A program made the translations under genes and the position numbers. The notes below the pieces were generated by a model. That model was not told where the DNA came from. It saw only the letters and a list, made by a program, of their open reading frames with translations, and made no database searches. Source: Eledone cirrhosa (Eukaryota). Taken from it: DNA of 64,000 bases. Of the stretch, positions 12,623 to 27,441 are shown piece by piece (position 1 is the stretch's first letter; each line of letters opens with the position of its first letter). The stretch covers positions 7,068,001-7,132,000 of the forward strand of contig OZ024752.1 of the NCBI GenBank assembly GCA_964016885.1, given 5' to 3'.

Positions 12623-13756
12623 ACTATTTTATGTCCCAAATGCAAAGTATGGGTACATAAAAGATGTAGTGGGATCACAGGTAAGCTAACTAAGAATATA
12701 GATTTTATATGTGGCCGGTGCTCTGGTGCAATAAGTAGCAGCAAGTGCCCACAGAATACTAACTCATTCCATTGCACAGATGGTTCTATAGAAATAGTGG
12801 ACAGCTTCCGTTACCTGGGTGATAAAATCAGCAGTGGGGGAGGGTGCTCTGAAAGTACAGTAGCTAGAGTCAGAACGGGATGGAAAAAGTTCAGAGACCT
12901 TATACCACTATTGGCCGCCAAAGGGTTCTCTCTAAAAATGAAAGGCAGGCTGTATGATGCCTGCATACGAACAGCAATGTTACATGGCAGTGAGACCTGG
13001 GCATTGTATGCAGAGGATATACGCAGACAGGAGAGAAACGAAGCTTGCATGCTCCGCTGGATGTGTAATAGTAATATACATGAACGGCAAAGCATAAACG
13101 AACTAAGGGAGAAATTAGAAATAAGAGGGATCAGATGTTGTTTACTCGAGAGAAGACTACGTTGGTATGGTCACGTGATGCACATGAAAGACGACAGCTG
13201 TATAACAAAGTGCAGGGCAATAAAAATAGACGGTAGCCACGGAGTAGGCAGACCCAGAAAAACCTGGGACGACTTGATAAATTCCGACCTCACACACTTA
13301 CACCTCTCCAAGACAATGTCACTGGACCGAGATCTTTGGCGCTACACAGTAATAGAAAAGACCCGTCTTACCTAAGTACAAAGTGAAACCTACTACAGTC
13401 AGTAGGCACCTCTAACAAAATACACCCCCGTCCCACTACCCCCACCCCATCCACACCACCCCTTTCAATGTAAAGTTATGTTGGTACCACAACATCCAGC
13501 CCGAAACAAATGAGGTCGTGTAGGTGTCACGACAAAAAAAACACAGTCCAGGCTGTAATGTGGCCGTGTAGGTAACACGGTAAAAACCTCCCAGTTCCAC
13601 ACTGTAAATGTGGTTGGTGTTAGGAAGGGCATCCAGCCGTAGAAAACCCACCAGACAGTCCTATACGAGCAAGACAACCAATCTTGCCTCAAGTGGGAAA
13701 ACTCCCGTCCAAACCCATGCAAGCGTGGAATATGGACGTTAAACGATGATGATGAT
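12623..13756 (+). mobile_element. 5'-truncated RTE-clade LINE: open RT C-terminal frame 12623-13375, 3' UTR and (GAT)n tail
   Basis: Stop-free frame TILCPKCKVWVHKRCSG..FICGRC..VDSFRYLGD..ARVRTGWKKFR..LHGSETW..RRLRWYGHV..GRPRKTW..DRDLWR. 3' UTR has ~48-bp internal repeats and ends ggacgttaaacgatgatgatgat. Confidence 0.95.
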
Positions 13757-16700
13757 ACCAGCAAATATACTTATATATATACCTATATATATATATATAC
13801 CTATATATATATATATACTTATATATATACCTATATATATATATATACTTATATATATACCTATATATATATATATACTTATATATATACCTATATATAT
13901 ATATATACTTATATATATACCTATATATATATATATACTTATATATATACCTATATATATATATATACTTATATATATACCTATATATATATATATACTT
14001 ATATATATACCTATATATATATATATACTTATATATATACCTATATATATATATATACTTATATATATACCTATATATATATATATACTTATATATATAC
14101 CTATATATATATATATACTTATATATATACCTATATATATATATATACTTATATATATACCTATATATATATATATACTTATATATATACCTATATATAT
14201 ATATATACTTATATATATACCTATATATATATATATACTTATATATATACCTATATATATATATATACTTATATATATACCTATATATATATATATACTT
14301 ATATATATACCTATATATATATATATACTTATATATATACCTATATATATATATATACTTATATATATACCTATATATATATATATACTTATATATATAC
14401 CTATATATATATATATACTTATATATATACCTATATATATATATACTTATATATATACCTATATATATATATACTTATATATATACCTATATATATATAT
14501 ACTTATATATATACCTATATATATATATACTTATATATATACCTATATATATATATACTTATATATATACCTATATATATATATACTTATATATATACCT
14601 ATATATATATATACTTATATATATACCTATATATATATATACTTATATATATACCTATATATATATATACTTATATATATACCTATATATATATATACTT
14701 ATATATATACCTATATATATATATACTTATATATATACCTATATATATATATACTTATATATATACCTATATATATATATACTTATATATATACCTATAT
14801 ATATACATACCAGCATATTACCTATATATATACATACCAGCATATTACCTATATATATACATACCAGCATATTACCTATATATATACATACCAGCATATT
14901 ACCTATATATATACATACCAGCATATTACCTATATATATACATACCAGCATATTACCTATATATATACATACCAGCATATATACTTATATATATACATAC
15001 CAGCATATATACTTATATATATACACCAGCATATATACTTATATATATACACCAGCATATATACTTATATATATACACCAGCATATATACTTATATATAT
15101 ACACCAGCATATATACTTATATATATACACCAGCATATATACTTATATATATATATACCAGCATATATACTTATATATATATATACCAGCATATATACTT
15201 ATATATATATATACCAGCATATATACTTATATATATATATACCAGCATATATACTTATATATATATATACCAGCATATATACTTATATATATATATACCA
15301 GCATATATACTTATATATATATATACCAGCATATATACTTATATATATATATACCAGCATATATACTTATATATATATATACCAGCATATATACTTATAT
15401 ATATATATACCAGCATATATACTTATATATATATATACCAGCATATATACTTATATATATATATACCAGCATATATACTTATATATATATATACCAGCAT
15501 ATATACTTATATATATATATACCAGCATATATACTTATATATATATATACCAGCATATATACTTATATATATATATACCAGCATATATACTTATATATAT
15601 ATATACCAGCATATATACTTATATATATATATACCAGCATATATACTTATATATATATATACCAGCATATATACTTATATATATATATACCAGCATATAT
15701 ACTTATATATATATATACCAGCATATATACTTATATATATATATACCAGCATATATACTTATATATATATATACCAGCATATATACTTATATATATATAT
15801 ACCAGCATATATACTTATATATATATATACCAGCATATATACTTATATATATATATACCAGCATATATACTTATATATATATATACCAGCATATATACTT
15901 ATATATATATATACCAGCATATATACTTATATATATATATACCAGCATATATACTTATATATATATATACCAGCATATATACTTATATATATATATACCA
16001 GCATATATACTTATATATATATATACCAGCATATATACTTATATATATATATACCAGCATATATACTTATATATATATATACCAGCATATATACTTATAT
16101 ATATATATACCAGCATATATACTTATATATATATATACCAGCATATATACTTATATATATATATACCAGCATATATACTTATATATATATATACCAGCAT
16201 ATATACTTATATATATATATACCAGCATATATACTTATATATATATATACCAGCATATATACTTATATATATATATACCAGCATATATACTTATATATAT
16301 ATATACCAGCATATATACTTATATATATATATACCAGCATATATACTTATATATATATATACCAGCATATATACTTATATATATATATACCAGCATATAT
16401 ACTTATATATATATATACCAGCATATATACTTATATATATATATACCAGCATATATACTTATATATATATATACCAGCATATATACTTATATATATATAT
16501 ACCAGCATATATACTTATATATATATATACCAGCATATATACTTATATATATATATACCAGCATATATACTTATATATATATATACCAGCATATATACTT
16601 ATATATATATATACCAGCATATATACTTATATATATATATACCAGCATATATACTTATATATATATATACCAGCATATATACTTATATATATATATACCA

Positions 16701-18205
16701 GCATATATACTTATATATATATATACCAGCATATATACTTATATATATATATACCAGCATATATACTTATATATATATATACCAGCATATATACTTATAT
16801 ATATATATACCAGCATATATACTTATATATATATATACCAGCATATATACTTATATATATATATACCAGCATATATACTTATATATATATATACCAGCAT
16901 ATATACTTATATATATATATACCAGCATATATACTTATATATATATATACCAGCATATATACTTATATATATATATACCAGCATATATACTTATATATAT
17001 ATATACCAGCATATATACTTATATATATATATACCAGCATATATACTTATATATATATATACCAGCATATATACTTATATATATATATACCAGCATATAT
17101 ACTTATATATATATATACCAGCATATATACTTATATATATATATACCAGCATATATACTTATATATATATATACCAGCATATATACTTATATATATATAT
17201 ACCAGCATATATACTTATATATATATATACCAGCATATATACTTATATATATATATACCAGCATATATACTTATATATATATATACCAGCATATATACTT
17301 ATATATATATATACCAGCATATATACTTATATATATATATACCAGCATATATACTTATATATATATATACCAGCATATATACTTATATATATATATACCA
17401 GCATATATACTTATATATATATATACCAGCATATATACTTATATATATATATACCAGCATATATACTTATATATATATATACCAGCATATATACTTATAT
17501 ATATATATACCAGCATATATACTTATATATATATACCAGCATATATACTTATATATATATACCAGCATATATACTTATATATATATACCAGCATATATAC
17601 TTATATATATATACCAGCATATATACTTATATATATACCAGCATATATACTTATATATATACCAGCATATATACTTATATATATACCAGCATATATACTT
17701 ATATATATACCAGCATATATACTTATATATATATATACCAGCATATATACTTATATATATATATACCAGCATATATACTTATATATATATACCAGCATAT
17801 ATACTTATATATATATACCAGCATATATACTTATATATATATACCAGCATATATACTTATATATATATACCAGCATATATACTTATATATATATACCAGC
17901 ATATATACTTATATATATATACCAGCATATATACTTATATATATATACCAGCATATATACTTATATATATATACCAGCATATATACTTATATATATATAC
18001 CAGCATATATACTTATATATATATACCAGCATATATACTTATATATATATACCAGCATATATACTTATATATATACCAGCATATTACTTATATATATATA
18101 TATACCAGCATATATACTTATATATATATCAGCATATATACTTATATATATACCAGCATATATACTTATATATATACCAGCATATATACTTATATATATA
18201 TATAT
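13757..18205 (+). repeat. 4.4-kb TA-based compound satellite with blocks of 30-, 28-, 27-, 26- and 24-bp units (ACCAGCATATATACTT(AT)n)
   Basis: Block-wise periodicity. The 1507-aa ORF is an artefact. Confidence 0.97.
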
Positions 18206-18274
18206 GATGGCTGCCCCCTCGTTATCGAGTATGGCCATTGCACATTATACCATTAATAATAATTATTAATTAAT

Positions 18275-18365
18275 TGTTTTTACTTTTGGCACAAGGCCAG
18301 CAATTACCCAGTGCATTACTGGTACTTTATTTTATCGACCCCGTAAGGATGAAAGGCAAAGTCAA
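18275..18365 (-). mobile_element. SINE-A 3' half
   Basis: ggcacaaggccagcaatt..ctggtactttattttatcgaccccgtaaggatgaaaggcaaagt. Confidence 0.8.
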
Positions 18366-18907
18366 ATTAATTAATGCTGGTATATATATACATGAATGAA
18401 ATGTAATCTGAACCAGCCACAGGTCCCCTCCCTGTCATTCCTTAGTAGCTATGCAATATACACTCAACTTTATCTAGTAAAACACACACACACCTCTCCC
18501 ACTCAAACCAGGATCACTCTCCCCTTTAGCTGTTATCACAAGTACCTCCCACCCTGTCAGATCTCCTTCCCTTTCTACCTTCCTGTCAAATCTGACCTCC
18601 TTATATCACACTTGTCATGCACCTATGACATAATACTTATTTCCTTGGTCACATGATAAATAAAGGTAATTACAGGTTCAATGCTGTGTAAAGTATGTGT
18701 CCAGAAACTGTTCTGTATTCAGCAGAAGAGAAGTGACCATTTATGGAGATGACAGAAGAGGAAGCAGCAGATAATTATGAGAGAAATGGTAGAAAGGTAT
18801 CCAGGTGTAACAGAAATGTGGGAAGAATTATCAGAGCAACTCAATCCATGTTTAACAGAGAAAACAATGTGGAAATACCATCAGTGTTGAGAGAAAATAC
18901 TAAGAAA

Positions 18908-18957
18908 CATGTATACACGTTATACACACACACACATATATATATATATACATATAT

Positions 18958-18988
<31 letters not shown>

Positions 18989-19159
18989 TATATACACACA
19001 CACACATATATACACACACATATATACACACACACAGACATATATATATATATACACACACATATATACACACACACACACAAACATATATATATATACA
19101 CACACACACATATACATATATATATATACTCACAAACATTATATATATATACACACACA

Positions 19160-19249
<90 letters not shown>

Positions 19250-19433
19250 AACATATATATATATATATACACACACACAAACACATTATATATATATACA
19301 CATATATATATACACACACAAACATATATATACACATATATATATATACTCACAAACACATATATACACACACACAAACACATATATATATACACATATA
19401 TATACTCACAAACACATATATATACACACACAA

Positions 19434-19487
<54 letters not shown>
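18908..19487 (+). repeat. (TA/CA)n microsatellite
   Basis: Direct. Confidence 0.95.
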
Positions 19488-20099
19488 CCAGTTTGAGACA
19501 AGCTGTAGAGTTGTGTTTATCAGTTCACTATTACAATCTTTAATCTATCTCTGGTGTTTACATTTGATAGTAACATGACTGTAATACAACAATGGAGTTG
19601 TATACAATATTGAGAGAGGGGGGGGGGGAGAGACAAGAAAGACAAGAGAAAGAGATGAGAGAAAAAACAGGGACATGTGAGAGAGAGAGAGAGCAAGAGA
19701 GAGAGAGCAAGAGAGTTGATCTTCCTTTCAGTAACCTATATCAACTAAATCTACTTAAAGATTTTTACAAACAACACCTGAAGCGCTTCATTTCCAGACA
19801 CCCACACCATCCTTCTCACTATTTCTTGCATCTCTCAACTCTCCACAGTAAAATCTAGTTATCTTTTATATCTTCCATTGAAAGACTTGTCTAAGGTTCC
19901 AATGACAGTATTTCCATCAAAAGCAGCAATCCCTAATTTTAAACAAATTTCTTGCTGAGATTTCGAAGGTCTCTACAGTGTTCAGACTTCACTCAGTAAT
20001 GTCTTTGTCATCACCATTTCTATGTCAGATTTTCCATGCTAGCATGGGTCAAATGGCAATTTTTGAAGGGAGTCGTTTAACCTTATTGTTGGTATGTAT

Positions 20100-20400
20100 G
20101 TATGGTCCCATAACTCCTGATAGAGTCGTTGGGTGCTGTATTGACATACAGTGTTGGGTATTTTAAGCCTGGCAGAGCCCACCCCTCTCCTCCAGGCCTG
20201 AGAACAGCAGATTTCTTCCAGTGAGAGGAAATGAGAAATAGATATAGAGGAAGAATTGACCCCAGTTCTAGACTGGTACATTCTGTATCAACCTTGAAAG
20301 GTTGAAAGACAAAGTTGATCCTGGTAGGATTTGAACTCAGAGAGCCAAAACGAATACCATAAAACATTCTATCTGAAGTTCTAACGACTCTGGAAATCTA
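20100..20400 (-). mobile_element. SINE-A plus 3' extension composite
   Basis: Reverse complement of 7190-7500 and 5868-6040. Confidence 0.7.
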
Positions 20401-20419
20401 ACAACAACAGATAATGAAT

Positions 20420-20645
20420 TGGTAATGAAATACACCTCGTATCATTTTCAATAGATTATGAAAATAATCCAGAATTTAGAGGTATTTGGCCATATAGCTG
20501 TCTCATTATTAAGCCGGTATTTGGGACATAAAGGTCTTTACATGAAATCAAGATTGAAGAGTTTAGATAATTATAAACTTTAAAATAAGCAGCTTTATAA
20601 CAGAACAAACAACAGTTTCAGATAGTTTCATATAAAAAATGTTAC
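20420..20645 (+). mobile_element. MITE family B body (decayed)
   Basis: taatgaaatacac..ttatgaaaataatccagaattt matches 53915-54060. Confidence 0.65.
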
Positions 20646-20663
20646 GACAACATTCTCTTATTT

Positions 20664-20948
20664 TTAACCCTTTACCATTTACATTACTCTATATATACTA
20701 TTGTATTTTCACAGTAAAGGCTTTACCTCACATAATATCTCACAACATTTACATTACTCTATATTTACTATTGTATTTTCATGGTAAAGGCTTTACCTCA
20801 CATAATATTGAATCTATGAGATTTTTATATTATTTATTTTGAGAACAATACCTTAACATAAGTATGAACAGCCGGTTATGACCAGTTTAAACAGAAAGAG
20901 GTGAGAGAATTCTGGCCGGATACGGCTGGTTTAAATGCTAAAATGTTA
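20664..20948 (-). mobile_element. piggyBac-like MITE family A with internal duplication
   Basis: Starts TTAACCCTTTACCATTTACA. Reverse complement of 4138-4366. Confidence 0.85.
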
Positions 20949-21279
20949 CAGCAACATTCTCTGTATTTAAGTCACCTCTCATGACATGCAAAGATATGTC
21001 TATTCTAAGATATGGGATATATATGATAAAGTGATAATGAAATGGAATATCCCAAATCTTCTCCGTGTTTCCCTATCATCTACCCCCCCCCCTTACACAC
21101 ACACACCTGGCATTCATTCCCTCCTCCATCTTTAGCCATGTCTTTCTTAATCTTCTTCCTTTCTTTCCCATCACTCCTCTCATCCAGTCACTTCCATCCT
21201 TCCTCAACACATGACCCAACCATCTCATTCAATTCTTTTCACAACATGTTGATTCAAATTTATAGTTTTCCAACATAAT

Positions 21280-21468
21280 AATTGTTTCTACATTTGGCAC
21301 AAGACCAGCAATTACCCAGTGCATTACTGGTACTTTATTTTATCGACCTCGTAAGGAGGAAAGGCAAAGTTAACCTCGGCGGGATTTGAACTCAGATCAT
21401 AAAGGGACGTAACTCTATGCTTCAAAGCATAGTGTCCGACTCTCTACCGATACTGCCAATCCACCAAT
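21280..21468 (-). mobile_element. SINE-A full length
   Basis: Reverse complement of 2179-2369. Confidence 0.88.
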
Positions 21469-21658
21469 AATACTCTTTGCTTTACTCTTTCACTCTCTTT
21501 GACTCAACAATTCCACTTAATCACCAATTCCATTTGATCTAAATGTCCTTAAATCATATTCCAGTCTCTTTAATTCAAAATTCTGAGTTTCAGACATGAC
21601 ATGGAAATTGTTCTAATAAATCTGTTCTACTTGATTTTGTCACTATCCTCAAACCTAT

Positions 21659-21890
21659 TGAACTCTTTCATAACCAGATTTCTAATGGAAGATACTGTCA
21701 GTCATTGATTTTCAAATAAATTCCCAAAATAATCAAGAATTTGAAGAGATTTCGTAATATAACTTTCTCGTTATTTATCAGGTGTTTGGAACATGACATA
21801 ACAAAGGCTCTTACATGAAATTATCATGGAAGAGTTTTAGATAAATGTAAAATAAGTGTGCTTTAAGGTGGTTTGGTATCAAAATAATTA
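21659..21890 (+). mobile_element. MITE family B (decayed full copy)
   Basis: aactctttcataaccagatttctaatggaagatactgtc ... ggtggtttggtatcaaaa. Confidence 0.7.
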
Positions 21891-21934
21891 GCTCTACATT
21901 TTGTTAAGTTTACAGAAAAGAGGAAGAGGATAGA

Positions 21935-22130
21935 TCATCATCATCGTTTAATGTCCATCTTCCACGCTAGCATGGGTTGGACGGGTTTGTCCCACTTGAA
22001 GCAAGATTGGTCGGGTGACTGTGTCTCGCTCTTACAGAACTGTTTCTGGCAGGTTTTCTACAGTTGGATGCCCCTCCTAACACCAACCACATTTACAGTG
22101 TGGACTGAGAGCCTTTTTACCGTGTCTCCC
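21935..22130 (-). mobile_element. RTE 3' UTR/tail copy
   Basis: catcatcatcgtttaatgtccat..catgggttggacggg..ggatgccc.tcctaacaccaaccacatttacagtgtgga is the reverse complement of 13580-13756. Confidence 0.88.
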
Positions 22131-25100
22131 ACACGACCACTTTACAGTGTGGACTAGGTGATTTTTGTCATGTCACCTACACGACCACTTTACAGTGTGG
22201 ACTAGGTGCTTTTTGTCATGTCTCCTACACGACCACTTTACAGTGTGGACTAGGTGCTTTTTGTCATGTCTCCTACACGACCACTTTACAGTGTGGACTA
22301 GGTGCTTTTTGTCAGATCACCTACACGACCACTTTACAGTGTGGACTAGGTGCTTTTTGTCATGTCACCTACACGACCACTTTACAGTGTGGACTAGGTG
22401 CTTTTTGTCAGATCACCTACACGACCACTTTATAGTGTGGACTAGGTGCTTCTTGTCATGTCACCTACACGACCACTTTACAGTGTAGACTAGGTGCTTT
22501 TTGTCAGATCACCTACACAACCACTTTATAGTGTGGACTAGGTGCTTCTTGTCATGTCACCTACACGACCACTTTACAGTGTAGACTAGGTGCTTCTTGT
22601 CATGTCACCTACACGACCACTTTACAGTGTGGACTAGGTGCTTCTTGTCATGTCACCTACACGACCACTTTACAGTGTAGACTAGGTGCTTTTTGTCAGA
22701 TCACCTACACAACCACTTTATAGTGTGGACTAGGTGCTTCTTGTCATGTCACCTACACGACCACTTTACAGTGTAGACTAGGTGCTTCTTGTCATGTCAC
22801 CTACACGACCACTTTACAGTGTGGACTAGGTGCTTCTTGTCATGTCACCTACACGACCACTTTACAGTGTGGACTAGGTGCTTCTTGTCATGTCACCTAC
22901 ACGACCACTTTACAGTGTGGACTAGGTGCTTCTTGTCATGTCACCTACACGACCACTTTATAGTGTGGACTAGGTGCTACTTGTCATGTCACCTACACGA
23001 CCACTTTACAGTGTGGACTAGGTGCTTTTTGTCATGTCTCCTACACGACCACTTTACAGTGTGGACTAGGTGCTTTTTGTCAGATCACCTACACGACCAC
23101 TTTACAGTGTGGACTAGGTGCTTTTTGTCATGTCACCTACACGACCACTTTACAGTGTGGACTAGGTGCTTTTTGTCATGTCTCCTACACGACCACTTTA
23201 CAGTGTGGACTAGGTGCTTCTTGTCATGTCACCTACACGACCACTTTACAGTGTGGACTAGGTGCTTTTTGTCATGTCACCTACACGACCACTTTACAGT
23301 GTGGACTAGGTGCTTTTTGTCATGTCACCTACACGACCACTTTACAGTGTGGACTAGGTGCTTTTTGTCAGATCACCTACACGACCACTTTACAGTGTGG
23401 ACTAGGTGCTTTTTGTCATGTCACCTACACGACCACTTTACAGTGTGGACTAGGTGCTTTTTGTCAGATCACCTACACGACCACTTTATAGTGTGGACTA
23501 GGTGCTTCTTGTCATGTCACCTACACGACCACTTTACAGTGTAGACTAGGTGCTTTTTGTCAGATCACCTACACAACCACTTTATAGTGTGGACTAGGTG
23601 CTTCTTGTCATGTCACCTACACGACCACTTTACAGTGTGGACTAGGTGCTTCTTGTCATGTCACCTACACGACCACTTTACAGTGTGGACTAGGTGCTTT
23701 TTGTCATGTCTCCTACACGACCACTTTACAGTGTGGACTAGGTGCTTTTTGTCAGATCACCTACACGACCACTTTACAGTGTGGACTAGGTGCTTTTTGT
23801 CATGTCACCTACACGACCACTTTACAGTGTGGACTAGGTGCTTTTTGTCAGATCACCTACACGACCACTTTACAGTGTGGACTAGGTGCTTTTTGTCATG
23901 TCACCTACACGACCACTTTACAGTGTGGACTAGGTGCTTTTTGTCAGATCACCTACACGACCACTTTATAGTGTGGACTAGGTGCTTCTTGTCATGTCAC
24001 CTACACGACCACTTTACAGTGTAGACTAGGTGCTTTTTGTCAGATCACCTACACAACCACTTTATAGTGTGGACTAGGTGCTTCTTGTCATGTCACCTAC
24101 ACGACCACTTTACAGTGTAGACTAGGTGCTTCTTGTCATGTCACCTACACGACCACTTTATAGTGGACTAGGTGCTTTTTGTCAGATCACCTACACAACC
24201 ACTTTATAGTGTGGACTAGGTGCTTCTTGTCATGTCACCTACACGACCACTTTACAGTGTGGACTAGGTGCTTCTTGTCATGTCACCTACACGACCACTT
24301 TATAGTGGACTAGGTGCTACTTGTCATGTCACCTACACGACCACTTTACAGTGTGGACTAGGTGCTTCTTGTCATGTCACCTACACGACCACTTTACAGT
24401 GTGGACTAGGTGCTTCTTGTCATGTCACCTACACGACCACTTTACAGTGTGGACTAGGTGCTACTTGTCATGTCACCTACACGACCACTTTACAGTGTGG
24501 ACTAGGTGCTACTTGTCATGTCACCTACACGACCACTTTACAGTGTGGACTAGGTGCTTCTTGTCATGTCACCTACACGACCACTTTACAGTGTGGACTA
24601 GGTGCTTCTTGTCATGTCACCTACACGACCACTTTATAGTGGACTAGGTGCTACTTGTCATGTCACCTACACGACCACTTTACAGTGTGGACTAGGTGCT
24701 TCTTGTCATGTCACCTACACGACCACTTTACAGTGTGGACTAGGTGCTTCTTGTCATGTCACCTACACGACCACTTTACAGTGTGGACTAGGTGCTTCTT
24801 GTCATGTCACCTACACGACCACTTTACAGTGTGGACTAGGTGCTACTTGTCATGTCACCTACACGACCACTTTACAGTGTGGACTAGGTGCTACTTGTCA
24901 TGTCACCTACACGACCACTTTACAGTGTGGACTAGGTGCTTCTTGTCATGTCACCTACACGACCACTTTACAGTGTGGACTAGGTGCTACTTGTCATGTC
25001 ACCTACACGACCACTTTACAGTGTGGACTAGGTGCTACTTGTCAGATCACCTACACGACCACTTTATAGTGTGGACTAGGTGCTACTTGTCATCTACACG

Positions 25101-25821
25101 ACCACTTTACAGTGTGGACTAGGTGCTTCTTGTCATGTCACCTACACGACCACTTTACAGTGTGGACTAGGTGCTACTTGTCATGTCACCTACACGACCA
25201 CTTTACAGTGTGGACTAGGTGCTACTTGTCAGATCACCTACACGACCACTTTATAGTGTGGACTAGGTGCTACTTGTCATCTACACGACCACTTTACAGT
25301 GTGGACTAGGTGCTTCTTGTCATGTCACCTACACGACCACTTTACAGTGTGGACTAGGTGCTACTTGTCATGTCACCTACACGACCACTTTACAGTGTGG
25401 ACTAGGTGCTTCTTGTCATGTCACCTACACGACCACTTTACAGTGTGGACTAGGTACTTCTTGTCATATCACCTACACGACCACTTTACAGTGTGGACTA
25501 GGTGCTACTTGTCAGATCACCTACACGACCACTTTATAGTGTGGACTAGGTGCTACTTGTCATGTCACCTACACGACCACTTTATAGTGTGGACTAGGTG
25601 CTACTTGTCATCTACACGACCACTTTACAGTGTGGACTAGGTACTTCTTGTCAGATCACCTACACGACCACTTTACAGTGTGGACTAGGTTCTTCTTGTC
25701 ATGTCACCTACACGACCACTTTACAGTGTGGACTAGGTGCTTCTTGTCATGTCACCTACACGACCACTTTATAGTGTGGACTAGGTGCTACTTGTCATGT
25801 CACCTACACGACCACTTTACA
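22131..25821 (+). repeat. 48-bp minisatellite (ACACGACCACTTTACAGTGTGGACTAGGTGCTTYTTGTCATGTCACCT)n, ~77 units
   Basis: Period 48. Monomer is the internal repeat of the RTE 3' UTR (compare 13510-13605, 29630-29790, 60005-60170). Confidence 0.97.
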
Positions 25822-25911
25822 GGAAGGGAGAAATAAGATGTCATGAAGATTATACCTTTTCTAGCATCAAATATATACTTTAACTTTTTATTAAATCAGA
25901 TATATAAAGTG

Positions 25912-25998
25912 ATGGTACGTGGCTGAGTGGTTAGAGGATTGGATTCACAATCGTGAGGCTGTGAGTTCGATTCCCAGACTGACGATGCGTTATGTCCT
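25912..25998 (+). mobile_element. tRNA-derived SINE head
   Basis: A box TGGCTGAGTGG, B box GAGTTCGATTCC. Confidence 0.75.
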
Positions 25999-26254
25999 GT
26001 CTGTCGCAACATATGTGTGGGGGGAGATAGAGGGGGGGGGCGAGACAGACAGACAGACAGAGAGAGAGAAAGAGAGACAGAGAGAGACACAGAGAGAGAG
26101 AGAGACAGAGCGAGAGATGTTTATGACGGCAGACTTAAAAAAGACAACACTTTAGTTTCTATGGTAACAACACTACCTCTATCTTTCACTCACACTCTCA
26201 CTCAACAACAACTTTTCACTCCTCTTCCCTCCTATATATATGTAAAGAGTTGTT

Positions 26255-27441
26255 GAGAGAGTGTGAGAGAGAGTGAGAGTGTGAGAGAGAGTGAGAGTGT
26301 GAGAGAGTGTGAGAGAGAGAGTGTGAGAGAGAGAGAGAGGGAGAGAGAGAGAGAGGGAGAGAGAGAGAGTGAGGGAGAGAGAGTGAGGGAGAGAGAGTGA
26401 GGGAGAGAGAGAGTGAGAGAGAGTGAGGGAGAGTGAGGGAGAGTGAGGGAGAGTGAGGGAGAGTGAGAGAGAGTGAGGGAGAGTGAGAGAGAGTGATAGA
26501 GTGTGAGAGAGTGTAAGAGAGAGTGATAGAGTGTGAGAGAGTGTAAGAGAGAGTGAGAGAGAGTGAGAGAGAGCGAGAGAGAGCGAGAGAGAGCGAGAGA
26601 GAGCGAGAGAGAGCGAGAGAGAGCGAGAGAGAGTGAGAGAGAGTGAGAGTGTGAGAGAGAGTGTGAGAGAGAGTGTGAGAGAGAGTGAGAGAGAGTGAGA
26701 GAGAGTGAGAGAGAGTGAGAGAGAGTGAGAGAGTGAGAGAGAGTGAGAGAGTGAGAGAGAGTGAGAGAGAGTGAGAGAGAGTGAGAGAGAGTGAGAGAGT
26801 GAGAGAGTGTGTGAGAGAGTGAGAGTGTGAGAGAGTGAGAGAGTGAGAGAGTGTGAGAGAGTGAGAGTGTGTGAGAGTGTGTGAGAGTGTGTGAGAGAGT
26901 GTGAGAGTGAGAGAGTGAGAGAGTGTGAGAGAGTGAGAGAGAGTGTGTGAGAGTGAGAGAGTGAGTGAGAGAGTGAGAGAGAGTGAGAGAGAGTGAGAGA
27001 GTGTGTGAGAGAGTGAGAGAGTGAGAGAGTGAGAGAGTGTGAAAGAGTGTGAGAGAGTGTGAGAGAGTGTGAGAGAGTGTGAGAGTGTGTGAGAGTGTGT
27101 GAGAGTGTGTGAGAGTGTGTGAGAGTGTGTGAGAGTGTGAGAGTGAGAGAGTGAGAGAGTGTGAGAGAGTGAGAGAGAGTGTGTGAGAGTGAGAGAGTGA
27201 GAGAGTGTGTGAGAGTGAGAGTGTGTGAGAGTGAGAGAGTGAGAGAGAGTGAGAGAGTGTGAGTGAGAGAGTGAGAGAGTGTAAGAGAGAGTGTGAGTGA
27301 GAGAGTGAGAGAGTGTAAGAGAGAGTGAGAGAGAGTGAGAGAGAGTGAGAGAGAGTGAGAGAGAGTGAGAGAGAGTGAGAGAGAGTGAGAGAGAGTGAGA
27401 GAGTGAGAGAGAGTGAGAGAGTGAGAGAGAGTGAGAGAGTG
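26255..27441 (+). repeat. (GA/GT)n compound microsatellite
   Basis: Direct. Confidence 0.96.

Noticed and set aside
13746-18269. 1507-aa ORF
   Set aside because: Translation of a TA-rich satellite.
22131-25821. CRISPR-like appearance of regular arrays (also 1-1305, 51262-53930, 62150-64000)
   Set aside because: Units are contiguous with no unique spacers, there are no cas genes, and the context is eukaryotic.
25912-25998. tRNA gene (also 30541 and 59100-59170)
   Set aside because: A/B boxes are present, but I could not form an acceptor stem and the better-preserved copies continue into SINE body.
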